From an uncultured Verrucomicrobiae bacterium (GTDB taxonomy: Bacteria > Verrucomicrobiota > Verrucomicrobiia > Chthoniobacterales > JAFAMB01): 64,000 bases of DNA. Made by a program: the position numbers and the translations under genes. Within the stretch, counting starts at the first letter, position 1; every line of letters starts with the position of its first letter. The DNA is taken from contig CAWEXO010000011.1 in the NCBI GenBank assembly GCA_963813025.1, positions 896,001 through 960,000 on the forward strand, given 5' to 3'. Shown piece after piece: positions 1-9,456 of this stretch. The notes below the pieces were generated by a model. That model saw nothing but the letters and a program-made list of their open reading frames with translations. It was not told the origin of the DNA and made no database searches.

Positions 1-505
1 AGGACACCAACATCAGAACGCAGATGCCGGCGACCATCGCGAAGGAGAGAAAGCGCGCTCGAAGAAAATTCCAAAACCCGGCATTAGGTTTAAGGCGGAC
101 ACCCCAGATCGTGTTCAACGCGTTCTGCAATTCGCCGAAGACTCCGCTGGCGCCGAAGATCGCGGCGGCGATGGCGATGATTGTCGCGCGCGCGCTGGAC
201 TGCGGCTGGACCGTGCTGGCGGCGATGTCCTGGAAAACCTTCACCACGCTGGGATCGGCTAAATACCTGAGTTGATCAGTAATCCTGGTGCGTGCTTCTT
301 CGCTGCTGCCGTAGATGTATCCGAAGACCGCAACCAACAACAAGGCCATTGGTGCGAGGGAGAAGATCGTATAGTAAGCAATGGCCGCACCCAGATGCGG
401 GCAGTTGTGATTCATCCAGCCCAACGTCGTCTCTTTGCAAAGCGATGGGGTGTCGCTCCAGCGGAAACGGCGCGGGACCGCGCCGGTAGACTCGACGGTT
501 GCCAT
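1..505 (-). CDS. YihY/virulence factor BrkB family membrane protein (runs off the window start)
   Basis: Manual reverse-strand translation from ATG at 505: MATVESTG...GAAIAYYTIFSLAP...FGASGVFGELQNALNTIWGV..., typical YihY motifs; not in the ORF track because it is open at the edge. Confidence 0.9.
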   Translation of the reverse strand, partial: MATVESTGAVPRRFRWSDTPSLCKETTLGWMNHNCPHLGAAIAYYTIFSLAPMALLLVAVFGYIYGSSEEARTRITDQLRYLADPSVVKVFQDIAASTVQPQSSARATIIAIAAAIFGASGVFGELQNALNTIWGVRLKPNAGFWNFLRARFLSFAMVAGICVLMLVS

Positions 506-767
506 GCGAAAAAGAAGGTTAAGGTATTGCGTTACTCACTATTCGGTTCAGAGACCCTGCTTTGGATGCGTACAGACATCGGACGTTTTGAGTGGGGTTT
601 TTGCTTGCGTTTCGGGCTGTTTCGACGATCTTGTCGTTCGTTTGCTCGAGTTCGAAGCGTGGTGAATCGTCAGGTGAGGCAGTAATTTCTCAGTGGTGAT
701 TTGAAACCCGGTGTTTCGGGAACGGCTCTGTGGCTGGCAATCGTTAGTAAAATCACCTTATATCAAC

Positions 768-1079
768 ATGAAACTTTACGTTGGAAATTTATCATTCAAC
801 ACAACGGCGGACGAACTCCAAGAGGCGTTCCAGGCTTTTGGAACGGTCACCGAAGTTGCCTTGATCAGCGATCGCGAAACCGGCAACTCACGAGGGTTCG
901 CCTTTGTCACGATGGGCAGCCGGGCTGAGGCAACGGCAGCTATCGCTGGCATGCAGGGTCGCGAACTTGACGGCCGGACGCTGAGCGTTAACGAGGCGCG
1001 TCCGAAAGAAGAGCGTTCGGGCGGTGGTGGCGGAGGCCGCGGTGGCCGCCCAAACCGTCCTTATTCTTCCCGCCGCTAA
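768..1079 (+). CDS. RRM RNA-binding protein with Gly/Arg-rich tail
   Basis: MKLYVGNLSF (RNP2), SRGFAFV (RNP1), VNEARP, GGGGGRGG tail; ATG 768 chosen over the upstream ORF-track start. Confidence 0.95.
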   Translation: MKLYVGNLSFNTTADELQEAFQAFGTVTEVALISDRETGNSRGFAFVTMGSRAEATAAIAGMQGRELDGRTLSVNEARPKEERSGGGGGGRGGRPNRPYSSRR

Positions 1080-1163
1080 CCGAGCGGCGGTCAGTTAGTC
1101 CTTCCGGGCGCAGCGGCAGCTCTTTTGAGAGGCTGCCCCTGCGTCCGAAGAAGCGGCTTCCGG

Positions 1164-1206
1164 TACGAAAGCGTCCGGCGGGCGTTTTCCGTATTTTTCT
1201 ATTTTT
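1164..1206 (+). terminator. Intrinsic terminator-like hairpin with T-rich tail abutting the infA start
   Basis: TACG-AAAGCGTCC / GGGCGTTTT-C-CGTA stem (some G-U pairs) followed by TTTTTCTATTTTT. Confidence 0.45.
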
Positions 1207-1425
1207 ATGCAAAGCGAAGCCGAAATTCTAACCGAAGGCACCATCATCGCCGTTCTGCCCGGAACCATGTTCCGAGTTGAGCTTGACCAAAAGCACGTCG
1301 TACTTGCCCACATCTCTGGCAAAATGCGCAAGCGCTTTATCCGCCTGAACCGCGGAGATCGCGTGAAGCTGGAAATGTCGCCTTACGATTTGACGAAAGC
1401 GCGCATCGTCTATCGGCTCCAATAG
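1207..1425 (+). CDS. infA: Translation initiation factor IF-1
   Basis: 72 aa; [48 protein letters not shown]. Confidence 0.97.
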   Translation: MQSEAEILTEGTIIAVLPGTMFRVELDQKHVVLAHISGKMRKRFIRLNRGDRVKLEMSPYDLTKARIVYRLQ

Positions 1426-1589
1426 GCAGCACGGTGCGACTTCTGCCAGGCGTCAGGTGTCCCACGGTACGTAGTGCGGACGGCTTCGTTCTGTACACGA
1501 CAAGCAACGTCGCCTAAGTCGTCCTATCGGTCCCTGTGGGTCTGTGTCGCCGATGGGTCCGGTGTTTAAAACTGTTGCGCGACCCATTT

Positions 1590-1609
1590 CGCGATTTTCG
1601 AAAATCGCG
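1590..1609. promoter_or_regulatory. Perfect 20-bp palindrome, candidate operator
   Basis: CGCGATTTTCGAAAATCGCG, about 30 bp upstream of the ABC transporter ATG. Confidence 0.35.
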
Positions 1610-1638
1610 GTAGCCTCAGCAATTGACCAACGGGTTCA

Positions 1639-3444
1639 ATGGCAAACCGGTTACGCAATCTCTCCGAGCTGGCCGCGAACGCGGCAGCAACAGCGGCGGG
1701 GCCGCATCTCGGGCCGCAGGTAGGGATAATGCTTCGTGCTTTCCTGGCATCGCCGCAACGGACGAAAATCTTTCTGCTTGCTGCCGGGCTGGTCGCTGTG
1801 GTCGGTGCGACAGCCTTTGGTCAGTATAGGCTAAATGCTTGGAACCGGCCCTTCTATGATGCGCTCGCCCGGAAAGATTTTGGGCAGTTTGTCGATCAGC
1901 TCGGGGTTTTTGGCATTATTGCCGGCGGTCTTTTGATCCTGAACGTCGCGCAAGCCTGGCTCAATCTGACGACCAAAGTCAGCCTGCGCGAGGGACTCGT
2001 GCGTGATCTGTTTGACGAATGGCTTAAACCGCGACGCGCCTTCCGTCTGCTCAATGCGGGCGAGATAGGTTCCAATCCGGATCAACGCATTCACGAGGAT
2101 GCGCGTCACCTGACGGAGCTATCGACCGATCTCGGCATCGGACTATTGCAATCTTCGCTGCTCTTGGGCAGCTTCATCGGCGTCCTCTGGATTCTCTCGG
2201 GAAATGTCACCTTCCATTTCAATGGACGTAGCTTCGCGATCCCCGGCTACATGGTCTGGTGCGCTCTTGTGTATGCGCTCACGGCGTCCTGGCTCAGCTG
2301 GGTCGTGGGCCGTCCCTTGATTAACCTCAATACCCGGCGGTACGCTTTGGAAGCAGGGTTACGATTCGCTCTGGTACGCCTTAATGAGCACATCGATAGC
2401 GTGGCGCTCTCCGGTGGTGAACAAGATGAAAAGCAACGACTCATTGCTGAGCTCCAGAAAGTTCTTCTCGTCATGCGACAGATCGTTGTTGCGAGCACCC
2501 GCCTTACCTGGGTTACCGCTGGATACGGCTGGTTCACCATCATTGCTCCAATTGTGCTCGCCGCTCCTGGATTCTTCGGTGGCGATCTTTCCTTTGGTGC
2601 GCTCATGGTCGTCGTCGGCGCTTTTAACCAGGTGCAAGGGTCGCTGCGCTGGTTCATTGACAATTTTAGCGTGATCGCCGATTGGCGGGCGACCTTGCGA
2701 CGTATCGCCAGTTTTCGCGAGGCTCTCGTCACCATGGACCGGCTCGGCGAAACCGAGAACCGGATCGAGTTTGCTCGGGCCACTGACGCCAAGGTAACCT
2801 TCGAAAATCTGGAGATAGCCACGACGGGTGGGTGCACTACGCTGAGTGAGCGACATGTGGAGATCGCCTTAGGGGACCGCGTGCTCGTTGTCGGAGAGCC
2901 CGGCACTGGGAAGACTGCCTTGTTTCTCGCGATTGCAGGCTTATGGCCGTGGGGTGCCGGCCGGATCGCCCTACCTCAGTCCGATGGCGTGATGTTCATG
3001 CCGCGCGAGCCCTATGTTCCTCTGGGGACGCTGCGCGCCGTTCTTTCTTATCCTGCGCCCGAGAATGCCTACAGCGACGAGGAACTCCGCGCGGTGCTCG
3101 ATAGCGCAGGTTTGAGCCGTTTATCTTCTTCGCTAGACCGAGTTGAGCGCTGGGAAAAAGAACTCAGCGATGACGAACAACGATTCCTGGCCTTTATCCG
3201 CATATTATTGCACAAACCTCGCTGGCTGATCATCGATGAGGCTCTTGACGGCTTGGAGGACGAGGCACGCGAACGCGTGATGCGCCTCTTCAATGAGCGC
3301 CTCAAAGGCGCCACTATTCTGAATATCGGCCGACCCGAGCGGAAGCATCACTTCTTTAAGCGCGTCCTACACCTGACCAAAGATCCAGGCGGCCGTTGTT
3401 TCGTACCGCAAAGCAACATCAGCCTGTCTGGCCGGCAGACGTAA
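1639..3444 (+). CDS. Fused ABC transporter permease/ATPase, YddA/BacA-like family
   Basis: NAWNRPFYDAL, NPDQRIHED, Walker A GEPGTGKT, degenerate signature LSDDEQR, Walker B LIIDEA. Confidence 0.9.
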   Translation: MANRLRNLSELAANAAATAAGPHLGPQVGIMLRAFLASPQRTKIFLLAAGLVAVVGATAFGQYRLNAWNRPFYDALARKDFGQFVDQLGVFGIIAGGLLILNVAQAWLNLTTKVSLREGLVRDLFDEWLKPRRAFRLLNAGEIGSNPDQRIHEDARHLTELSTDLGIGLLQSSLLLGSFIGVLWILSGNVTFHFNGRSFAIPGYMVWCALVYALTASWLSWVVGRPLINLNTRRYALEAGLRFALVRLNEHIDSVALSGGEQDEKQRLIAELQKVLLVMRQIVVASTRLTWVTAGYGWFTIIAPIVLAAPGFFGGDLSFGALMVVVGAFNQVQGSLRWFIDNFSVIADWRATLRRIASFREALVTMDRLGETENRIEFARATDAKVTFENLEIATTGGCTTLSERHVEIALGDRVLVVGEPGTGKTALFLAIAGLWPWGAGRIALPQSDGVMFMPREPYVPLGTLRAVLSYPAPENAYSDEELRAVLDSAGLSRLSSSLDRVERWEKELSDDEQRFLAFIRILLHKPRWLIIDEALDGLEDEARERVMRLFNERLKGATILNIGRPERKHHFFKRVLHLTKDPGGRCFVPQSNISLSGRQT

Positions 3445-3539
3445 CAGCATAAAGGCGCATCGGGGTGGCCTCTCGAGGCGCACTCTAAGGCGCCCCTGCA
3501 GCGTCTCCAATCCGGTGCGCACGCTTCACGCCGGCCGCC

Positions 3540-4052
3540 CTATTCCCTGAGATCACGCTTGCTGAGCCGGGCCACATACGTCAGCGACAATCGATAGGGA
3601 GTTTCACTTGGAACCCAAATACTGGAGTGGTCCTGCACCGTCAACGGTTCGGCGAAGATCTCGACGGTGTCCTCCGGCGCCCAGACGTCGCCACCTAACA
3701 GCTCATTCGAGTGCAGGATCGAGTGGTCCTGTAACACGTGGAGGATAACGCCGATGATCTGGTACGCTTCGCGCGCGTTATTCGTCCACGGCGTGATCAG
3801 GAATCGCAACTCAAAGATAAATGGTTTCGCGCGCTCACTTGTCGCCAGCTGCGGTGGCGAATGCCCGGGATTCGGACCGACGGTCGCCTGATAAAGAAAA
3901 ATCGTCACGGCGGATTGAGGCGGCGCAAAGCCTTTGAATTCACCGAGCGTGGATAACAGGACATGTGCGGTGAGCCCAGAGCGGCTCAGCCCGTCCTGCA
4001 GCAGGGCGACGATCGTGTCGCCGAGAAATGCGATCGAGTTAGAAGTTGCCAC
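3540..4052 (-). CDS. DUF4255 / Pvc16 N-terminal-like protein
   Basis: VTIFLY, ELRFLITPW, IIGVILHVLQD, SIW...PYRLSLTYVAR match the recalled DUF4255 pattern; GTG start. Confidence 0.7.
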   Translation of the reverse strand: MATSNSIAFLGDTIVALLQDGLSRSGLTAHVLLSTLGEFKGFAPPQSAVTIFLYQATVGPNPGHSPPQLATSERAKPFIFELRFLITPWTNNAREAYQIIGVILHVLQDHSILHSNELLGGDVWAPEDTVEIFAEPLTVQDHSSIWVPSETPYRLSLTYVARLSKRDLRE

Positions 4053-4371
4053 GGTTTTCTAAAAACAATCCAGGCCCATCTTTTCGCCTTGCCTGCGCGG
4101 ATTGAACACTAACAAAACAGCCACTGAGCAGAAGCGCTAATTTGGGAGGTGATCGGGGGGAGGCCTGTCTGGGAAGCATGCCGCGCCGCACCCATTTGCG
4201 AGCATTGAGCGAGCTGGCCATCTTGGCGAGGCCGCGCCTCCGATCGACGAGACCTGCTGGAAAAAATGACGGATTTGTGTCTCGATGCACGATATGCGCG
4301 ATCCAATAGTCTCTTCTAAGCGGATTGGGCGACCACCGCTAGTCGCTCGTCAGATCCAGGCTTGGTCACTC

Positions 4372-5334
4372 ATGTTGGTCGATAACGAGCCGATTATCCG
4401 GGCTTACCAGCGCGACTTGGACCGGGTCCGCGCGGAATTGGGTAAGATCGAGTCGGAGCTTGAGCGGTTCAAAGGCATCGATTCCAAAAACTTTAAGCAG
4501 TGGTTGTATACTACTTTTCCCGTCCAGTTAAGCCGGCTTCGCGAACTGCAGGAAGAAAGCGCGCGATTGATCAGCCGTTTGAACTTGATGCGACAGTTCC
4601 AGGCGTACGGCGTGAAGGAATTCGGACGCGCCTACGCGCGAGCTCTCCGGGTTGAGACTGGGGAGGACCCAATGCCGGACTTTCCGCCGCCTCCAGTGGC
4701 AGACCGATCCCATCCTTCACCGGGATCGCAGGAATTCTTTAAAGAAGCGATGCGGGTGCTCGCCGAAGATATAGGTCTGGATCCTGGTTGGGTGGAAGAC
4801 GAGTTGGAGAGCATGGTGGACGAGGAATTGTCTGAGGACGGCACTGCTCGCCCGACTGCAAAAGAGGCTCAATCCATTTACCGGCAAATCGCGCTTCGTC
4901 TGCACCCCGATCGAGGTGGTGCGATGACCGAATCCGAAGCGCAAATCTGGTATCGTGCTCAGGAGGCCTATCAATTTGGCGATGTCCTGACTCTGCGTCA
5001 GCTCTGGCTGCAGATCACCGGCAAGGACCAGACCACGAAGCAACTAACGTGTGCCCAAATGATTGCCGCAATCTTTGAGACACAAGCACAAACCAGTGCC
5101 TTGCAGATGTTGCGCAACAACTTAAAACGGGAGCCTGCCTGGAGCTTCTCGCGACTGACGCCGAAACAGCTTCGATCGCGGCGAGCGCGCGTGGAGAAGG
5201 ATATCGCTGCTCAAGAGGAGATTGCCCGGGAAGAACTCGAGGCGTTACGCGCCGAGTGCACTCGGCTCGCCCGCAGGCAATCGCGCTGGGAAGCGAAGCA
5301 CAAGGGGAGTGCTGAGCAGCTCGGTCTCTTATAA
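4372..5334 (+). CDS. Coiled-coil protein with central J-domain (HPD motif)
   Basis: YRQIALRLHPDRGG followed by helix AQEAY; helical repeats on both sides; start 4372 or 4285. Confidence 0.75.
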   Translation: MLVDNEPIIRAYQRDLDRVRAELGKIESELERFKGIDSKNFKQWLYTTFPVQLSRLRELQEESARLISRLNLMRQFQAYGVKEFGRAYARALRVETGEDPMPDFPPPPVADRSHPSPGSQEFFKEAMRVLAEDIGLDPGWVEDELESMVDEELSEDGTARPTAKEAQSIYRQIALRLHPDRGGAMTESEAQIWYRAQEAYQFGDVLTLRQLWLQITGKDQTTKQLTCAQMIAAIFETQAQTSALQMLRNNLKREPAWSFSRLTPKQLRSRRARVEKDIAAQEEIAREELEALRAECTRLARRQSRWEAKHKGSAEQLGLL

Positions 5335-5363
5335 ATCTTGGCGCTCAAGTACGACGCTGCTCC

Positions 5364-6047
5364 CTACCGAGGTTCGGCGAGTTCTTTGAGCGCTTTTTTT
5401 GCCTTTTCCAGGATCTCCACGACGCGTTCTTGGCGCTCCGCTGAATCGCCGGCCCACCGGGCCGCCCGGAAGGTGGCTTTGACCAGTGATCCCAGCGGAC
5501 CCAGCAGCGGAAAGGCTCCGGGACCGGACCAGCGACCCCAATCTTCCCAATGTTCCGCTCGCCGCCAAATGCGTGCTATATTGTCCTTTTCCTGCTCAAC
5601 TTCCTGGAGTCCTTGAGCGGTGAGGGAATAGACCTTTCGTCCGTCAATCTCCTCGGAGTTGAGGAGCTGCTCGTCTTCCAGCTGTTGGAGGGTGGGGTAA
5701 ACCGTTCCGGCGCTGGCTCGATACAGACCGCCCGATCGTTGCTCCAGTTCTTTGATGAGCTGGTAACCGTGCTTTGGGCCTTCCTGCAGGAGGGACAGGA
5801 TCGCCAACCGGGCTTCGCCGAACTCGAAGAAGCGCCCACGAGGACCGCCGGCAAATGAGGCAAACGGACCCCAATCGTCCCAATGACCCCAACCTTCGCG
5901 GCCTCGATGACGCCTCATAAAATCGCGGATCATCAGACCAAACCGGCGACGTCGTTCGCGTCGCTCGCAGTGCCGTTCTGGCCAGTCCGAGCCGAAAGCG
6001 AAAACGGCTGGGCGGTACTCAGAAAATTGAAACCAATCTGCTTTCAT
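5364..6047 (-). CDS. PadR family transcriptional regulator
   Basis: RLAILSLLQEGPKHGYQLIKELE, SAGTVYPTLQQLED, RKVYSLTAQG. Confidence 0.95.
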   Translation of the reverse strand: MKADWFQFSEYRPAVFAFGSDWPERHCERRERRRRFGLMIRDFMRRHRGREGWGHWDDWGPFASFAGGPRGRFFEFGEARLAILSLLQEGPKHGYQLIKELEQRSGGLYRASAGTVYPTLQQLEDEQLLNSEEIDGRKVYSLTAQGLQEVEQEKDNIARIWRRAEHWEDWGRWSGPGAFPLLGPLGSLVKATFRAARWAGDSAERQERVVEILEKAKKALKELAEPR

Positions 6048-6062
6048 AAAGTTAAGTCTATC

Positions 6063-6084
6063 ATCGGACGATATAACGTTCGAT
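6063..6084. promoter_or_regulatory. Imperfect palindrome upstream of padR, candidate autoregulatory operator
   Basis: ATCGgACG-ATATAA-CGTtCGAT, about 16 bp from the padR start. Confidence 0.3.
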
Positions 6085-6209
6085 AGAGCTTTTCAAGCAC
6101 GAAACCCGCGCAATGCTCTTCGGTTCACATATCTAGTAATCCAAAACCTCAAACGTGAAACGAGTGCCTGCGCGCATTTATCGCGAAGCGCGAACCGTGG
6201 GTAAGAGCA

Positions 6210-7406
6210 CTACCGGCGCTGGCGTACCCGTCTGGCGATCGGCGATTTGCGACGATCCAGCTCCTCCACAACAACATTTGCCAGCGCTACCGATTTCACA
6301 TTGATATCAGGGTCGCGGTAAAAGTGGTCGAGACCTGGTTCGATGATGCTGATCCCGTTCGGCAGCAATTCGTCAGCTAAGAGGGTTAACCCATCATTGG
6401 GACCGTACCTTCGAAGCAGCCGATAACGTCCTTTTACATCGTCAGCAATGTCGCCCGAAAGCGGGGCCGCGATAAATTGAACGATCAGCATATGCGGTGG
6501 CAACCTGATGCCATTTTGCCTTTCCCGGCTCACGCTCGTGGTCAGGTCCGGTAAACTTCGCGAGTCGATTCCCTCTGCGGAAAATATGATCTTTATCAGC
6601 CAGGATTGAGGCCATCCCCTCGCGCGATCGGCCAGGAGAGTTCCTCGGATCAATCCACCGACGCTGATCCACGCTTTCACGGACGCTGTTTGAGCTGGGG
6701 ATAATATTTCTCCCAGCGCGAGCGCGGTTTCGGGGCCGCCTTTGCTGGTGCTGATCAAGATCAGTTTAGATTCAGGTTTGCTCTCCGCGCGAATAGTGCG
6801 CGCGATAATTCCAGCGTTCTCCTGGATCGTGCCATCCTCTTTTGTGCGAATTAGCTGAACATCGAGTCCGAGCTGATGCATGAACTGCCGCTGATAAAAG
6901 AAGTCGGCTCCGGAGGTCGGATCGCTCAAGTAGTGGAAGCCCGGCACAAAGAGAAAAGTGTAACGCGCAGCGCCTGGCGGAACGATTCCGTTCCAGCTGC
7001 TTTGACGAGTGATCGCCTTCACCCGTCTTGTTTCTCGCGCATAGCTGGCCTGAAACCGAGCGTTAACTTGGTTAGCCAAGCTTTGCTTAATGAAGAACAG
7101 TGTGGCGAAATCTGGTGAGGTCTGCCTGGAAAGTTCCTGCAATCGTGACGCGATAAGCGGGCGCGCCTCGTAACTACGCTGGATCGCAGCGATCTGTTGC
7201 GCGAACTGAGGGTTCGGGAGATCGCCTTGCGGCGGCCCCGCCAAATAGTATCTGGCGAGCTTCGAATCGACGGTCGTCGCAATGGATTTACCAGCCAAGG
7301 AACCCGAAACCGGAACTCTGGGGTAAGAGCCACAAGCGGTCACCAGCAGAAAGAGCACGGCGGCGGTGATTTGAGGCCTGCCGATTCTACGCAATAGTCG
7401 ATGCAT
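6210..7406 (-). CDS. Probable lipoprotein with alpha/beta-hydrolase (lipase-like) fold
   Basis: Lipobox-like LLVTAC after a hydrophobic stretch; FVPGF oxyanion motif, STSKGG elbow, PNDG, DHF; start 7406 (ORF open to 7457). Confidence 0.65.
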   Translation of the reverse strand: MHRLLRRIGRPQITAAVLFLLVTACGSYPRVPVSGSLAGKSIATTVDSKLARYYLAGPPQGDLPNPQFAQQIAAIQRSYEARPLIASRLQELSRQTSPDFATLFFIKQSLANQVNARFQASYARETRRVKAITRQSSWNGIVPPGAARYTFLFVPGFHYLSDPTSGADFFYQRQFMHQLGLDVQLIRTKEDGTIQENAGIIARTIRAESKPESKLILISTSKGGPETALALGEILSPAQTASVKAWISVGGLIRGTLLADRARGWPQSWLIKIIFSAEGIDSRSLPDLTTSVSRERQNGIRLPPHMLIVQFIAAPLSGDIADDVKGRYRLLRRYGPNDGLTLLADELLPNGISIIEPGLDHFYRDPDINVKSVALANVVVEELDRRKSPIARRVRQRR

Positions 7407-7479
7407 GTGCTCAGGTGATAATCGATCAAGCTTGCTGAACGCTTCCCGCAAGGTCATTTTTGCGATACAACCAGAGAAA

Positions 7480-8058
7480 ATGAAACGAAGAACGGCTTTC
7501 TTGATCTTTAGCCTGATCGCGGCTTGCAGCCCAGCTCTAGGCCGGGGCGGCGGTGGCGAAGGCGGCGGACAAACCTCCTCCCAAGGGAATCAGCACTACC
7601 ATGAGCCCTTTTATCCCGGATACGGCCATGATTATTCTGGCGGCCTCTATGATTTCGTTACGTACGCCTACGCAGCCACACCCGATCAAAGAACGGTGGC
7701 GAAAAAGTAAGCGGACGCTTACGTTGTTGCGGTCGAGAAAAAGAAAAAACGTCCGGCAAAGCATCGATACATCGCGGTGCAAACCCTGAAACCAACGCCC
7801 GCGCAGCGGCTGGACAATGAAAAAAAGCGGGCCGCCGCAAAGAGCCAAGCCGAAGGCCATGGAACCAGTCTGCCACCGACCTGGGTCGATCCCAGCCAGC
7901 TCCGCGGCGTCATGGTGTTCGATACTCAGTCCAAACAAATTGTGGGGAACAATTGCTATCTAATCGGTCCAACGCTTGATCCCGAGCAGACATTGAAGTT
8001 TGATGCAGTCACGGCCGAGTTTGTCGGTTCTCCCAGCGCAACGGCCGCCGCTGACTAG
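7480..8058 (+). pseudogene. Secreted hypothetical protein interrupted by an in-frame TAA (7708-7710)
   Basis: Signal peptide MKRRTAFLIFSLIAAC; frame continues after TAA (ADAYVVAVEKKKKRPAKHRYIAVQTL...VMVFDTQSKQIVGNNCY) into the 7777-8058 ORF. Confidence 0.65.
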
Positions 8059-8077
8059 GTCGAGTACGCTCCCTTCC

Positions 8078-8821
8078 ATGTCCAATCCGATCACGGCACC
8101 CGACCAGCCAAAGTATCGGCGGGTGATTTTAAAAATAAGCGGCGAAGCCCTCCGCGAGGCCGGCAGTCATGAGACGATTTCGCCGGACATCGTGATGAAT
8201 GTTGCTCGACAAGTGCAGGAGGTTCGCGATCTAGGAGTGGAGATTGCCGTGGTCATCGGCGGGGGAAATATCTGGCGTGGATTGGTCGCGAGTCACCGCG
8301 GGATGGATCGGACAACAGCGGATTATATGGGCATGTTGGCGACGGTCATCAATGGCATGGCCCTGCAGAGCGCGCTGGAACAGATCAACGTGCCGACCCG
8401 TCTCCAAACCGCTATTGAGATGGCCAACGTTGCTGAGCCGTTCATCCTGCGGCGAGCGATCCGGCACCTGGAGCTGGGTCGAGTGGTTATTTTTGGAGCG
8501 GGCACAGGCAACCCGTTCTTTTCGACCGACACTGCAGCAGCTCTGCGGGCCAGTGAGATTCGAGCGGAAGTCATTCTGAAAGCGACCAAAGTGGATGGCA
8601 TCTACGATAGTGACCCAAAAGTCAATCCGGCCGCACAACGTTATGAATTGATCTCGTACACGGAGGCCTTGACGAACCGTCTCCGGGTGATGGATGCAAC
8701 GGCCTTCAGCTTGTGCATGGACAACGGCATTCCTATCATTGTTTTCGATATGGCGCAGCCGCATAATATCAAAAGGGCAATTTGCGGGGAAAAAATCGGG
8801 ACCCTGGTAACGAATGATTGA
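8078..8821 (+). CDS. pyrH: Uridylate kinase
   Basis: [49 protein letters not shown]. Confidence 0.98.
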   Translation: MSNPITAPDQPKYRRVILKISGEALREAGSHETISPDIVMNVARQVQEVRDLGVEIAVVIGGGNIWRGLVASHRGMDRTTADYMGMLATVINGMALQSALEQINVPTRLQTAIEMANVAEPFILRRAIRHLELGRVVIFGAGTGNPFFSTDTAAALRASEIRAEVILKATKVDGIYDSDPKVNPAAQRYELISYTEALTNRLRVMDATAFSLCMDNGIPIIVFDMAQPHNIKRAICGEKIGTLVTND

Positions 8822-8878
8822 CAGATCCGGTGAATAGCGGATGACGGGATGCCCCCCGATCAAACATATCCGCCCTTG

Positions 8879-8888
8879 AAAGGAGGAG
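8879..8888 (+). promoter_or_regulatory. Strong Shine-Dalgarno site for frr
   Basis: AAAGGAGGAG about 7 nt before ATG 8896. Confidence 0.6.
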
Positions 8889-8895
8889 TTGGCTT

Positions 8896-9456
8896 ATGAC
8901 AACCGATGAGATTCTGTTCGAGACCGAAGAAGCGATGGAAAAAAGTATGGAGTATCTTATTCACGAGTTCGCCTCGGTCCGCACCGGGAAAGCGTCTCCG
9001 GCCCTCGTGGAGAATATCGATGTGGCCGCTTATGGCAGCTCGATGAAGCTCAAGCAACTGGCCTTGATCACCACCCCGGAGCCACGACTGCTGCTCGTTC
9101 AACCGTTTGACGCCAGCGTAGTGCGCGATATCGAAAAAGCACTCGTTGAGTCGAAGCTCGGCATCAATCCTGCCGTTGACGGGAAATTGATTCGTTTGCC
9201 GATTCCGGAATTGTCGGAGGAACGAAGAAAGGACTTGGTCAGGACGACTCGTCACATGGCGGAGGAAGCCCGCGTCAGGATGCGGGCGGGACGCCGCGCG
9301 GGGATCGACCAGGTGAAGAAATTGGAAAAAGAAGGCAGTATCACGGAGGATCAGCGCCGCGATATCGAGGATGAAATACAGAAATTGACTGACAGATTTG
9401 TCAAGGATATCGACGTACACCTAACCAGCAAGGAAGCCGATATTATGAGAGTATGA
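8896..9456 (+). CDS. frr: Ribosome recycling factor
   Basis: VRTGKASPAL, PELSEERRKDLV, EIQKLTD; follows pyrH. Confidence 0.98.
   Translation: MTTDEILFETEEAMEKSMEYLIHEFASVRTGKASPALVENIDVAAYGSSMKLKQLALITTPEPRLLLVQPFDASVVRDIEKALVESKLGINPAVDGKLIRLPIPELSEERRKDLVRTTRHMAEEARVRMRAGRRAGIDQVKKLEKEGSITEDQRRDIEDEIQKLTDRFVKDIDVHLTSKEADIMRV

Noticed and set aside
1639..6047. Prophage or eCIS locus around the DUF4255-like gene
   Set aside because: Neighbours are an ABC transporter, a J-domain protein and PadR; no sheath, tube, baseplate, capsid or integrase genes
7708..7710. Stop-codon recoding (Sec/Pyl or alternative code)
   Set aside because: The codon is TAA, which is not used for Sec or Pyl and serves as a normal stop elsewhere in the window
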